Positions 1-11,723 of a DNA stretch of 64,000 nucleotides are shown here, in pieces. Position 1 is the first letter of the stretch, and each line of letters starts with the position of its first letter. The notes under the pieces are model-generated. The model made no database searches and was not told the origin of the DNA. It saw nothing but the letters and a program-made list of their open reading frames with translations. The position numbers and the translations under genes are program-made. This DNA is from Eledone cirrhosa (lineage: Eukaryota): positions 148,242,001 through 148,306,000 of the forward strand of contig OZ024741.1 in the NCBI GenBank assembly GCA_964016885.1. The letters are read 5' to 3'.

Positions 1-1052
1 GTCGGTGGGTTTGAAGAAGGCGGAGGTGACGAGGGAGTGGTGGGAGGGGTCGAAGGCGACGGAGATGTCTAAGAAGTGGACGTGGGTGGTGGAGATAGAG
101 GTGGTGAAGTGGAGGGAGGAGTGGAAGGAGCAGAAGAAGGAGAGAAAGGAGTCGAGCTGTTCTCGGGTGAGGGTCGTGGCTCCGATACAGTCGTCGATGT
201 AACGACCGTCCAGTTCGGGCGTGGGGCCGGTGTACTGGGCAAAGATTTGGGCCTCAACATGGCCAACAAAAAGGTTGGCATAGTTTGGGCCCATTCTTGT
301 ACCTATGGCTACCCCCGTGACCTGTTGGTAAAACTCACCCGAGGAGAAACAGTTGAGGGTGAGGACCAGCTCGGCGAGGCGAAGGAGGGTGGGGGTGGAG
401 GGGATGGGGAGGAGCGATGGTCGAGGTAGTGTTTGAGGGCACGTAGGCCGTCGGCGTGGGGGATGACGGTATAGAGGGACTTGATGTCTAGGGTGAAGAG
501 GAAGGGCTGTGGGCCGGGTGGGTAGGTGAAGGAGTCGAAAAGGCGCAGGGCGTGGTTGGTGTCGGAGATGTGGGAGGGGAGGGTGGTGACAAGGGGCGCG
601 AGGATCGAGTCAAGAAAGGCGGAGATGAGTTCGGTGGGGCAGTTGCAAGCGGAGACGATGGGGCGGCCGGGGTTGTCGGGTTTGGGGAGTTTGGGGAGGA
701 AGTAGATGGTGGGGGTGCGGGGGGTGCGGACGATGAGGTGGGAAGTGGTGGTGGGGGGGGGAGTCAAGGTGTTGGATGGTGGAGGAAACTTGTTGTTGGT
801 AGAGGGGTGTGGGATCGGAGGGTAGAGGGCGGTAGAAGAGGGGTTACGGAGCTGCCTGAGGGCTTCGGCCGTGTAGAGGTCCGCACGCCACACCACCACG
901 GCGCCTCCCTTGTCCGCCGGTTCGATGACGATGTCATCTCGGCTACGGAGGGAGCGGAGAGCGAGGAGTTCGCCCCGTGTGATGTTATTCCGTTTGGAAC
1001 GGTGGCGGAAGTCGAAACGATTTACGGCGCTACGGCTGGCATCGACGAACGC
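1..1052 (-). mobile_element. Penelope-like retroelement (PLE) reverse transcriptase fragment, frameshifted, runs off the window start
   Basis: The minus-strand translation has PLE RT motifs: IVIEPADKGGAVVV, YFLPKLPKPDNPGRPIVS, LFTLDIKSLYT, and after a frameshift at the G-run near 390, MGPNYANLF and RYIDD (plus 190-201). The region is GC-rich against an AT-rich host. Confidence 0.9.
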
Positions 1053-1080
1053 GTATATATATATATATACATAGATAGAT

Positions 1081-1120
1081 ACACACACACACACACACAC
1101 ATACACGCGCGCGCGCGCAC

Positions 1121-1208
<88 letters not shown>

Positions 1209-1210
1209 AC
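1081..1210. repeat. (CA)n/(CG)n microsatellite
   Basis: Directly visible; it explains the CVCV/THTH ORFs. Confidence 0.95.
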
Positions 1211-1324
1211 AAACTTGTGTGTGTGTCTGTGTGTGCCTTGTTTTGGGTACAGAAAGAATTTTGACTCCAGTTTTTATAGCCGGGTCAAATGCCACTGCTC
1301 TTTTCAACAACGTCAAATAACAAC

Positions 1325-1360
<36 letters not shown>

Positions 1361-1484
1361 CGATCTTTATGCTGAAATTTTATAGTTTTAAGCAGACAGT
1401 ATTATTGATTTAGGTGTCATAGAAACCCTGCATTTGGATTTTACCATCAATTCCACTTGGGTCCAGGTCTGTTTATATCATTTA

Positions 1485-2406
1485 CTAGCATTAAAGCCCG
1501 GCGTTTCTCGGGGTCATTAAGTTACCAAAGTTAGGTTGCACCACCCATTTTATGGCACCACTTTTTTGTCTGCCAGGCACTGGGTGAATGAATTGCAGAC
1601 CTGGAAGCAGGAGCTGCGCCAGCAGTGACAATTGTAGTTTCGCCTATGGATATTATCTCTGTGCAAAAAAGTGTTGAAATTTATTGTTTCACAGTACTTG
1701 CGCAACACGCGCGTGGACGATGCCAGCCGAACAACAGAGCTGCGATGGAGTTGTTCTGCATGGTTGTCTGTGTGTTTTCTAAATTTAAGACAGTAGGGAG
1801 GGTTGTGATATGAGAGGGAGTTAGCTGTTGTTTCTAGCAGGTTTAGTGACCTCATAAAGGATATGTGTTTTCTAAATTTAAGACAGTAGGGAGTGGTGTG
1901 ATATGGGGGAGAGTTAGCTGCTGTTTCTAGCAGGTTTAGTGACCTCATAGAAGATATGTTTTCTAAATTTAAGACAGTAGGGATGGGTGTGATATGGGGG
2001 AGAGTTAGCTGCTGTTTCTAGCAGGTTTAGTAACCTCATAGAGGATATTATTGTTTATCATTATCTATAAAAGGCAGATTGTTGTTGTTGTTGAAGTGAG
2101 TGTGTTGAGAGAGTAAAACGGACAGTATCACCATCAAGCTTGGAAAGAGAAAGAAGCAGAAAGTATGAAGTTGTATAGATTTTGAATGGTAGTGGAAAGA
2201 GTTTAGCAGTTTAAATGACAGGGAAAAATCGTAAAATATTGAGTTTTATCTATTTTTTGCGTAATTGTGGGTGAAATTGAAAAAATGAGATGTGCTAAGA
2301 CGCAATCGAAACTATTTCGAATACTGAATTGTAAATTTCATTGAAGAAATTCTATATCGTAGATTTCTATAAGAAAGGAGCATGACCACACACTGAGCTT
2401 TATAGA
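1485..2406 (-). mobile_element. Non-autonomous Helitron, copy 1 of a tandem pair
   Basis: On the minus strand it starts A|TC and ends with hairpin CCCG-agaaacgc-CGGG, 8 nt, then CTAG|T. It contains internal ~65-bp sub-repeats and is near-identical to 2410-3300. Confidence 0.8.
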
Positions 2407-2409
2407 TTA

Positions 2410-3300
2410 CTAGCATTAAAGCCCGGCGTTGCTCGGGGTCATTAAGTTACCAAAGTTAGGTTGCACCACCCATTTTATGGCAGCACTTTTTTGTCTGCCA
2501 AGCACTGGGTGAATGAATTGCAGACCTGGAAGCATGAGCTGCGCCAGCAGTGACAATTGTAGTTTCGCCTATGGATATTATCTCTGTGCAAAAAAGTGTT
2601 GAAATATATTGTTTCACAGTACTTGCGCAACATGCGCGTAGACGATGCCAGCCGAACAACAGAACTGCGATGGAGTTGTTCTGCATGGTTGTCTGTGTGT
2701 TTTCTAAATTTAAGACAATAGGGACGGTTGTGATATGAGGGAGAGTTAGCTGTTGTTTCTAGCAGGTTTAGTGACGTCATAGAGGATATGTGTTTTCTAA
2801 ATTTAAGACAGTAGGGAGTGGTGTGATATGGGGGAGAGTTAGCTGCTGTTTCTAGCAGGTTTAGTGACCTCATAGAAGATATGTTTTCTAAATTTAAGAC
2901 AGTAGGGAGGGGTGTGATATGGGGGAGAGTTAGCTGCTGTTTCTAGCAGGTTTAGTAACCTCATAGAGGATATGTGTTTTCTAAATTTAAGACAGTAGGG
3001 AGTGGTGTGAACGGACAGTATCACCATCAAGCTTGGAAAGAGAAAGTAGCAGAAAGTATGAAGTTGTATAGATTTTGAATGGTAGTGGAAAGGATTCAGC
3101 AGTTTAAATGAGAGAGAAAAATCGTAAAATATTGAGTTTTATCTATTTTTTGCGTAATTGTGGGTGAAATTGAAAAAATTATCTGCGTCGAGACGCAGTC
3201 GAAGCTATTTCGAATACTGAATTGTAAATTTCAATTGAAGAAATTCTAGATCGTAGATTTCTATAACGAAGTAGCATGACCACACACTGAGCTTTATAGA
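2410..3300 (-). mobile_element. Non-autonomous Helitron, copy 2 of a tandem pair
   Basis: Direct repeat of 1485-2406 at offset 925 with the same termini; the number of internal ~65-bp sub-repeats differs. Confidence 0.8.
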
Positions 3301-3636
3301 TTATGATGATTTTGTTTGACCTGTTTAGCTTGATTTGTTTTTTGGCTTAGTTGGTTAATGCCTTCTTGACCACTTTTCAGTTTGTATTGCGTTTTAACAT
3401 ATTGTTTAGCTCTAGTTTTTCTTAACTATTGGAGCGCTTGCCAGCATTTCTACGATTTTGCGTTTCGTTTCGCTTTTTCTACCAGCCGAAATACGATTCT
3501 CGCTGAATATATATTTATATATATATATATATAACAAAGGAATTGTGGTAAGGAACCAGATGGACCATAACGCACCAGAGTACTCAATACTTAGAGTAGT
3601 AGAGTGGGAAATATGAAAAAGTATGACCCCGACGGC

Positions 3637-3703
3637 AGAGATCAAGCCGTTTCGACGGCTATTTCTGGACTCCAGAAATCGCCGTCGAAACGGCTTGATC
3701 TCT
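3637..3703. repeat. Near-perfect palindrome (33-bp arms, 1-nt centre, 1 mismatch)
   Basis: AGAGATCAAGCCGTTTCGACGGCTATTTCTGGA-C-TCCAGAAATCGCCGTCGAAACGGCTTGATCTCT. Confidence 0.9.
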
Positions 3704-3759
3704 CTCAATATATATATATGGCGTTGTTATTTGACGTTGTATATATATATATATATATA

Positions 3760-5620
3760 CTAGCAGAAGTACCCGGCGTTGCCCGGGTGTAAGTCGACCT
3801 TTCGTCTGTTAGAATGTGTGAAAGTTACTTCCCGCGCATCACAGGTTCAAAACTTCGAACTTCAATGGAAAAAAATAGGTTAGTAGACACAGGTGTGTAA
3901 TTTATTAATTGTAGTTACACAGTGTATCGTTGAAATTGTTCTCTGCACGACTGACGGAAGTCAAAATCGCTTGATATTGAATGTTCAGTTAATTTAAAGC
4001 AGGGTGAAAATGTCGATTACTTTCAGGGTTTTTATTTTTTTACAATTTTTGCGCTCACATGTGCAGAAGAAGAATTAAAAGGGCCTTTATCTTAACCGCG
4101 GCATAATGGCGAGTCTTTAGTGACAGTTTTCAAGAATATAGGACGTTCCTGTAAAAAGTTTTCCCATGTGTAACTTTGCCTTGTTTTTTTGCGCAAAGTC
4201 GAGCCCTGCTTCAGTTTTATTGATTTTTTACATCAATGCGTGATCTCTGAAGTAGATTTGAGTAGCTAAAAACCTGTCCCGGTAAATTTGCTATAGGTGA
4301 AAAAAAGTTGATCAAAATTGTATCTAGGGTTATTGCCTCAAAAAATAATTAAATTTAATCAAAAAACAGCTCTGCGCTTTATACTCCGGTGAGCCTTATG
4401 TATAAATAATACAATGGTAATCAATCACGGCTCTAACAGAAGTAATAGATCTAGACTAAAAGTAAAGAAGATAGCATTTTCCTGGTTGGCCTTACACGCC
4501 GTTGCGCGGACCTGATTTTAAATGATACGCCTTATATCCTGGTGAGCCTTATAGAGCGGAAAATATCTATTGGAAAAGAATACGAATTCATGACCAAGGT
4601 GTGACAAAATAGGCGTCTATACAGCGCCTGAAACAAACTTGTCCAAAACCCTAGGATTTTTCTCGTTAAGTATCCACCCAAAAGGAACCGTTTTTTAGTT
4701 ACAAAAAATAACCAAAGTGTATAGTAGCTATATTTCTGACATATCATGCCAAAAAGAACAATATATTCAAAAAATGTTCTAAAGTACATTCAATCTCTCT
4801 TTTTGACCGATATCTTAATAAGCAAGTTATCGATTTTTTATTGGCTGTCAGTGTCTATCTGCATGCAGGTGTGCACGTGTGCGCAATTAATTGCAAATAC
4901 GCTCATAACATTTAGTCGTAAGCAGAACAAAAAATGCCATGAGAGGTGGGCTAATAATGAAAACACAAACCCTGGTGAACTTACGTTTAAACACCCGAAA
5001 AGTTACTCACTTCCTGTGCAAAAGACTATTATAAATTAAGTAATTTTTTAGAATCTTTTGTTTAAAAAAGGAAAACATTGGTACGACGTAAATTTTTTTA
5101 CTTGTATTGTATGTGTACAACACAACTTGGTCAACGTATTATTTAGTAATTTTTTTTTCAAAAAGCATGATTATTTAAGACTGTTTGAAAATTTACTCAC
5201 AGCTTTTAGGTTCACAAAAGACACCATTAAATTTGGTTCCCTTTTCAGATAGGGATAATACTGTATTTCCACTTGAAAAGATAAACTCTTTACTGAGACA
5301 GCTGGGAAGACATGCAGCTGGCCGTCCAATCAATAACGAACGTCCTTATATGGGCATATGAAATTTATTTTTATTGCGCCAGATGTAAACTAAGAGTTCT
5401 TGTGTTCGAATTCACATAAAATTTCATTGGAATCGAAAAACATTCTGTCATAGGGCCCGATTATCGATTTTTCGAAAATTTCAAGTAGCCTATTCCACTC
5501 TGCGCGTTGAGTTTTATATATGTGTGAGGTTTCATGAAAATTGGATGAACGGTGTAGCATGTAAGTTCGGTACACTAAACAATGTCCATCTTCCCTTTAT
5601 ATATATATATATATAGTAGA
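3760..5620 (-). mobile_element. Non-autonomous Helitron (second family)
   Basis: The minus-strand 3' end reads CCCGG-gcaacg-CCGGG, tacttctg, CTAG|T at 3760. The 5' TC end is only tentatively placed near 5620. Confidence 0.6.
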
Positions 5621-6066
5621 ATAATCGAGTATCGAAAAATTGGCTCACGAGTTCACGATAAACAAATTCGACATGAGTGGCAGAGGGCTCAATAATTCAG
5701 ATAAATCAGAGCTATAACTATCGTTAAAATACCAACACACAAAGATTATGTCTAAAATCACCCATACGACCGAAAAATTACGATCAGGAAGATTCGGGTC
5801 ACTCAGATAAAATATCAATAAATCAATAAATCATATGAATGTAAAAAGCTTACCCGGACCCACTAGAAAGATGGTAAATCTAGCTTCTTGGGTTTCTGTA
5901 ATTCCTTAATCCGCCCCCTATCAGCCCACATAAAAATATATAAGACTTCTAGAGAGCGGCGGACGGGAATACTTTATCAACGAGCTTTGTCCAAACGAAT
6001 AAAAAAGCCAACCTTAGTTAACAACGCCATATATATATATATATATATATATATACCAAATAAATC

Positions 6067-6762
6067 TATAACGGCGGCGAAGATTCGAAACCGAATCTGA
6101 GCTTTCTCGCCTCTGGGACAAGCCGTGGTAACTTGTTTACGCTCAAGAGACTAACCCCTTGGGAGATGCTAAACACAGGTCAGAGGTGTTTACGCCTGAC
6201 AGAAAATAGGTCAGAGGATATATCCATCTTTCTGACTTGTTTACGCTTGGCAAACTAATCCCTTGGGAGACTAACCAAAGTTCAGAGGATATATCTATCC
6301 TTCTAACTTCAACTCTTATAAATACAGGGATTGTTTACGCCTCAGATAGAAAAGAAGTGATATACAGACAAGACAAGTCGCATTTACAAGCTCTCGTCAC
6401 GAAAAAACTAGTCTGCCACTTATTCTCACCTTCCTGGCTGATCGCTGACTTCTGCAATACAAGCACACACGCATTCATAGTGAGTTCAGCATTTGTACAC
6501 GCACTATTCATTTCTGTTTACACATATTATAATCGTATTCTGTGATACTTGAATTTACGTGGCTCGAAGAGCCACCAAATTATTGTATGAATATTTTGTG
6601 TCATTGATTTTATCATTCAATATTCAAATTGAATATTGTTATGATAAAATAAACTTTGTAACAACACAATCCTGGTATTTTTCTTAACATCAAAACCACC
6701 ATACCAACGGTTACATCCATCCGTCCACTTATCGTTACAACCACACATAATATTCCGTTACA
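6067..6762 (+). mobile_element. Probable solo LTR
   Basis: Termini TATAACGG...CCGTTACA (degenerate TG...CA inverted ends), internal TATAAATA (~6317), AATAAA (~6648) and U3-like repeated TTGTTTACGC motifs. No clear TSD. Confidence 0.55.
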
Positions 6763-6951
6763 AATATATATATATATATTTTAAATAAGACTCCAGTTGC
6801 ATTTTTGATTTCATCTTTTTTTCTTTATATATATATAAGAAACCACTGGTAAATGGAATAATTGCCTTATGTTGTTTATTACATAACTATTAAGCTCTGT
6901 TACCTACATAGAGCACTCTTTTTTCCTGGACTTTTCCGACGGAATTACTTC

Positions 6952-6992
<41 letters not shown>

Positions 6993-7016
6993 ATATTAAC
7001 AAATGGAAACTATATT

Positions 7017-7082
7017 TATTTCATTATACATATTTCAAGGGCCACCAAGGCAAACTATGGTGCGCTTTCATCAGATAAAATA
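7017..7082 (-). ncRNA. Minimal type-I hammerhead ribozyme motif (PLE-type)
   Basis: Minus strand: stem I TATTTTAT, CUGAUGA, stem II AAGCGCACCA/TGGTGGCCCTT, GAAA, short self-complementary stem III TATGTA, UA cleavage site, stem I' ATGAAATA (8 bp including 1 G-U). Folded by hand. Confidence 0.6.
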
Positions 7083-7551
7083 TAATATAGGTTAGTTTTA
7101 TAAATAAATATTGACATACCCTGAAAATAATTTGTTGAGTTATTTATATCAGTTATAAAAATATTTTGCTTGTTGTATCCCAACAAATTAAATATAACCT
7201 CTCTCTCTATATATAGAGAGAGAGATAGATAGAGAGAGAGAGAGAGACAGGCAGGGGGAGTAAGAAATGTGTATGTGTGTGTTTGGTACACGTCTATCTA
7301 TCTATCTATCTATCTCCCTCTATTGGGGAAAATCGACTAACTTTTAAATTCCATCTGTGATAACATTTTACACGTTTTTATTGTATGTAAACTTCCCCCT
7401 TTGTATTTGTCCCCTTCTTTTGTGCCCCTGTGGCTAATAAAGAAATATATCTATCTCTTCAACAGAGGGCTCAAACATGAGGCCCGCGAACTACTTTTCT
7501 ATAGCCCGTGGTAGAACCAATATTTCAGATTCTATTATAACTGGTGAAAAT

Positions 7552-7770
7552 AAGGCGGTGAGCTGGTGGAATCGTTACCACATCTGGCGAAAAGCTTAGC
7601 GGTATTTCTTCCGTTTTTACGTTCCGAGTTCAAATTCCGCCGATCTCATCTTTGCCTTTCATCCTTTTGGGGTCGATAAATTAAGTACCAGTTGTGAACT
7701 GAGATCGATGTAATCGACGGGACCCTAAACCCTAAATTTCATGCCTTGCGCCTATAGTAGAAATGATTAT
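7552..7770 (+). mobile_element. tRNA-derived SINE with the GCCTTTCATCCTT..GGGGTCGATAAA..AGTACCAG central domain (Meta-SINE-like)
   Basis: A-box-like head AGCTGGTGGAATCG and B box GAGTTCAAATTCC. Other copies lie at 12378-12506 (-), 12542-12670 (+), 12710-12822 (-), 23293-23420 (-), 25487-25585 (+), 32085-32195 (+) and 58540-58675 (+), plus many degenerate fragments. Confidence 0.8.
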
Positions 7771-8967
7771 AACTGATGAAAATCATCATCCACCACCTCG
7801 TTTGGCCCACCGTGCCTCTCCTCCTGGAGCTCCGAAACGCCCGGGGGGGGGGGGGGGGGCAGCATATGCTCATCCGTTGAGAACCTTTGGTCTACAATTT
7901 ATCATATGCATGAACTCATAATTCCTGATGGGATATTTTTTAAATCTTTGCGGAGCCCACCCCCTCTCCAGGTCTGAACATAGGCGATGTTTCCAAGAGA
8001 AAGAAGGGAAAAAAGAGATATAGAGGGAGAATCGACCCCAGTACTGGACAGATTCTTTTTTTTATATGACCTTGGAAAGATGAAAGGCAAAGTTGACCGC
8101 AGCGGAGAGCTGAAACGAATGCCGAAAAACATTCAGTCCGACGTTGTAACGACTCTGCTAATTCGCCACCTTAAGATCATATGCCATTTATATAATATTT
8201 ATGATGGACAAAAGAAAAAATCAGTAAAAAGGAATCAGAAAGAAGAAAACAGCATACGCAAGACATGCACACTTCTAATTATACTATATAACAGGGAATG
8301 CTGGTGTTACTTTCTAAAAAACAATTGAAGCAAACCAAAACACTGGTGATAGTGAGGCTGATATATTGAAATAGTCAAGCATGCTCACGAGCTCCTGATA
8401 CTGAAAATGAGCCACCACCGATGACAAAAATTTCGTTGTCAGCAATACAACTACTCCGAAAGTTAGGCGGAATAATGTAATTTGCTGATAAAACACGGTA
8501 TTTCAGTAACTTATTCTGTTCAGCTATAGATTTAGTGATCCCGGTCAGGACTGGATTAACCATTAACCAAAATAAAAACATTTGGTATTTAAAAAAAAAA
8601 ATGTATGCAGACTTTATATATAATCATTCAAGTACTTTTATGTCTCAAAAAGACTTAATCCGACTCTTATGACCCACACCACACCTTTGCCGCAACATTC
8701 AGAGTGTAAGGAGTAATCTTAAGTCTTGGAATACTTTGATAATGGTCACACATTTACTGAACATAAGTAAATTTGTTCTATATATTACTTAGCCAGCCTC
8801 TGGAAATAACTAGTGTCCAGTATGTTCAACTCTTACGTCATTCTCCAGAGAATGTTTTGTTGCTGTGTTGGTAATTGACCTAAATATTTTCTTTTTTAAA
8901 AATGATTTAATTAAAGTGATTATAATTTTGTTATTCAATACGAACTGCTGTTTTATTTTCATTTCAG

Positions 8968-9116
8968 CTAACGAAGACATAAAATGTTACCCTGATTCCA
9001 ACAATAACAGCAGCAGCGGTGGTTTTGGAGCGAGGAAAATTCCTCACGGTGATTTTCCGAAGGCTACGACCAACAGGGCACTGACCTATGACCTCGGAGA
9101 CAACTTTCACATATAG
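8968..9116 (+). CDS. Candidate terminal coding exon of an unidentified upstream gene
   Basis: A strong acceptor TTTTATTTTCATTTCAG is followed by a phase-1 open frame ANEDIKCYPDSNNNSSSGGFGARKIPHGDFPKATTNRALTYDLGDNFHI-stop with non-repeat composition. No recognisable domain. Confidence 0.3.
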
Positions 9117-9239
9117 AAGAATCACGGCACCAAAATTAGACAATTCTAAGTAACGAACTATTAGGAGAAAGATGGCTGAGATTTTCATTCTGCAACATTT
9201 CCGTCGTTCAATCAGCACACAAAAAAATTACGCCTCCTA

Positions 9240-9875
9240 GGTTGTAATCGAACACATACAACGGCTTATCACCCTGTAGTTACAGGTATGGTGGAATGTT
9301 TCCGTTGGCAATTAAAATCTACTCCTAGAGTCAACAACAACTGTTGGAAATCTTACTCCTTATCCTTCTTGGAATTCGCTCCACCGTAAAAAAAGAAGAC
9401 TTGGTTTTATGTCAGCTGGGCAGGTTTATGGCACGACATTAGTGTTACCCGGGCAAATAATTGCCCCTGATTCGCAACACCCAACGGATCCAATGAACTA
9501 CATCCATCGTCTGTCAAACCTACCGTCCGTTGCTCCTCGCCCTCAAGGTGTCACTACTCGAGTTCCATCTGACATACAGCAATGAACACACGTTTTTGTT
9601 AGAAGCTTTTTTACAACCACCATACTCTGAACCCTACCAAGTACTCAAAAAGATACCCAAGCATTTCATTTTGGACTTACATGGAAAGAGGGATGCTGTC
9701 AGTGTCGACCGTCTTGAAAAAGCCCATGGGGATTTGGAAGCTCCCTCACCGTCAAAGCAAGTTAACCAAACATCAGTGGCCCCGTCCACCTATACTCCAA
9801 ACTCTATACCAACAAGCACCAGATCCGGTCGGCAGGTGTACTGGCTATCTCGCTATGCCCAATATTTCAATTAGG
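9240..9875 (+). mobile_element. Degenerate Ty3/Gypsy integrase C-terminal relic
   Basis: Decayed TTAYHP..GMVE..., LLGIRS..K.DL, LQPPYSEPYQVL and VSVDRLEKA motifs, resembling the element at 47200-50580. Confidence 0.75.
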
Positions 9876-11641
9876 ATTGCCTATCACATCTATTATTTAT
9901 CTATCTCTCTGTTTATTTCTACTAAAGAAGTATGCAACAATTTTCTTTCTTTCGCTACCTCTTCGGTTCCCAATCGTAACCGCGGTGACAATACAAAAAG
10001 ACAGACAGTGGAGGTTTACAAAAAAATCGAGTAAAGAAAAATAAATACAATAACAATAAACAATAAAAATACAAACAACAGAATTCCCCAACAGGGAAAG
10101 AACCATCCAGGGGCGACTCAGGTACCCCGCCAATCGTGAACCACCCGACGCTTCGAGAGCACCCCTCTCCTCCTCAAATCAACCAGCCTACAGGTGCATG
10201 CTCAAAGTAGACCATTCTCGTCACATTCACCCACCTTTTAGCAAATGTATTGGGGGGCAGCACTTCTCTCTCCACCCTCAGGGCCGGATTTATTGTGGCG
10301 GAAAAGGGGGCATCAGCGACGGCCGTGGTAATTTATTTGAGCGCTCTGCTGGACATTTTAGTTTTATCCCTTTGACAACGAGAACTATATTTTTAACAAA
10401 AAGTATTTGTGTTGATGTGTGGGTTTTGCGTGTAAATAGGTTTAATAATAAAGGGAGGTAACAATAACATTTTAACTAAGTATTCCTCAATAGGGAGGAG
10501 ACATCCGAGGTGGTGGTCATAATAAAATTTTAACAATAAGTATTCCTCAATAGGGAAGTGACGTCCGAGGGCGTCTCGTGGAAAAACTCCATAAAACCAC
10601 AGTTGCTCTTACCGCTAGGGCAAGTGCCCTCTAAGGATAATACAGAATTTGAATATATAGTTTTTTGTTTATTCTTTATTAGTTAATTATATTTCATAAT
10701 ATTAGCTATTAAAAAATTTATATAGATATTGTTTTATTTATTGCTGTAATATTTGTTTTACCATGTGGGTATTTTGTCTGTATCCTAATCCAAACCAATT
10801 ACGAACTCGAGAAATTAAAACAGACTGGATTGTTGAAATGTGTCAGTCTTGAATTACTCGAGAGTTTCTTGGGTTAATAGATTTTAAAAGTAAGTTTGGA
10901 AGATTAGAAATAACTGAATGAAGGTCTACTTAGATTTTTGTTTATTTCTGTATTTTTAGTCGTTAAAAAAATTATCTAAAATACTAACAGATTTGACTTA
11001 GTTTCATTATTTCCCAGAAGTATTCAATATTATCCGATACGTGAAGACTTGGTGTGTCTTCTAGTTGATTTCCTTTCTAGTGAAATAAGTACTTGTAGTA
11101 AAATAAGCAGCAGCTTGGCAAGGAGAAGAGAAGCGGTACCATTCTTTTACACGTAATGGCTGACGTTTCTGTTGCTAACACTTTTATTTACTACCTCTGC
11201 CAACACTGACTTATTCAAAGTTGCAATTCTTCACATTTCCCATTTGGATACATATGCTTGAAAAGTAAGTTAATGTTGAATATCAAGAACTTTATTGATT
11301 GATAAATGTAAATATCTACTGCAAAGTGTGAATGTAATCTTGGATTTTAAAACTTTATTTGACATTTCAAACTTAAGTTATATTATATTCCTTCGTCTTC
11401 TTTCCCACTACTAACTCCTATATTTCTCTTTCAGATAAGCAAGAGCGTTATCTATTTATTGCATCCACTTAAATGCAAGTGAGATAGATATTAAATAAAA
11501 TGTTCTACATAAGCTTTTCGTTTTTATTTTTGTTTACAAAATCATCTTTTGGTAAAAGAAACGAATTCCTTATTATATTCCTTAAGTCTTTGATAAAATA
11601 TACCTTTCTATCTTCATTTAACAAACGGATTTCTGTTTCAG

Positions 11642-11723
11642 TTTAAAATATGCGAGTTGCTAAAACTTGAAGTCGGCTGATAATTATTTTGTAATTGCAT
11701 AGTTGGTGAAACTTGTTACGATG
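11642..11723 (+). other. Candidate upstream exon of the sarcoglycan-like gene, ending in ATG|GTGAG
   Basis: Acceptor TTCTGTTTCAG at 11640-41 and donor GTGAGC at 11724. The ATG at 11721 has A at -3 and an in-frame TAG upstream at 11700. Confidence 0.5.

Noticed and set aside
552-1385. Long plus-strand ORF (277 aa) and other YIYI/CVCV ORFs
   Set aside because: These are antisense shadows of the GC-rich PLE RT and read-through of microsatellites.
1550-2873. Duplicated 132-aa ORFs
   Set aside because: They are translations of Helitron internal sub-repeats with no domain signature.
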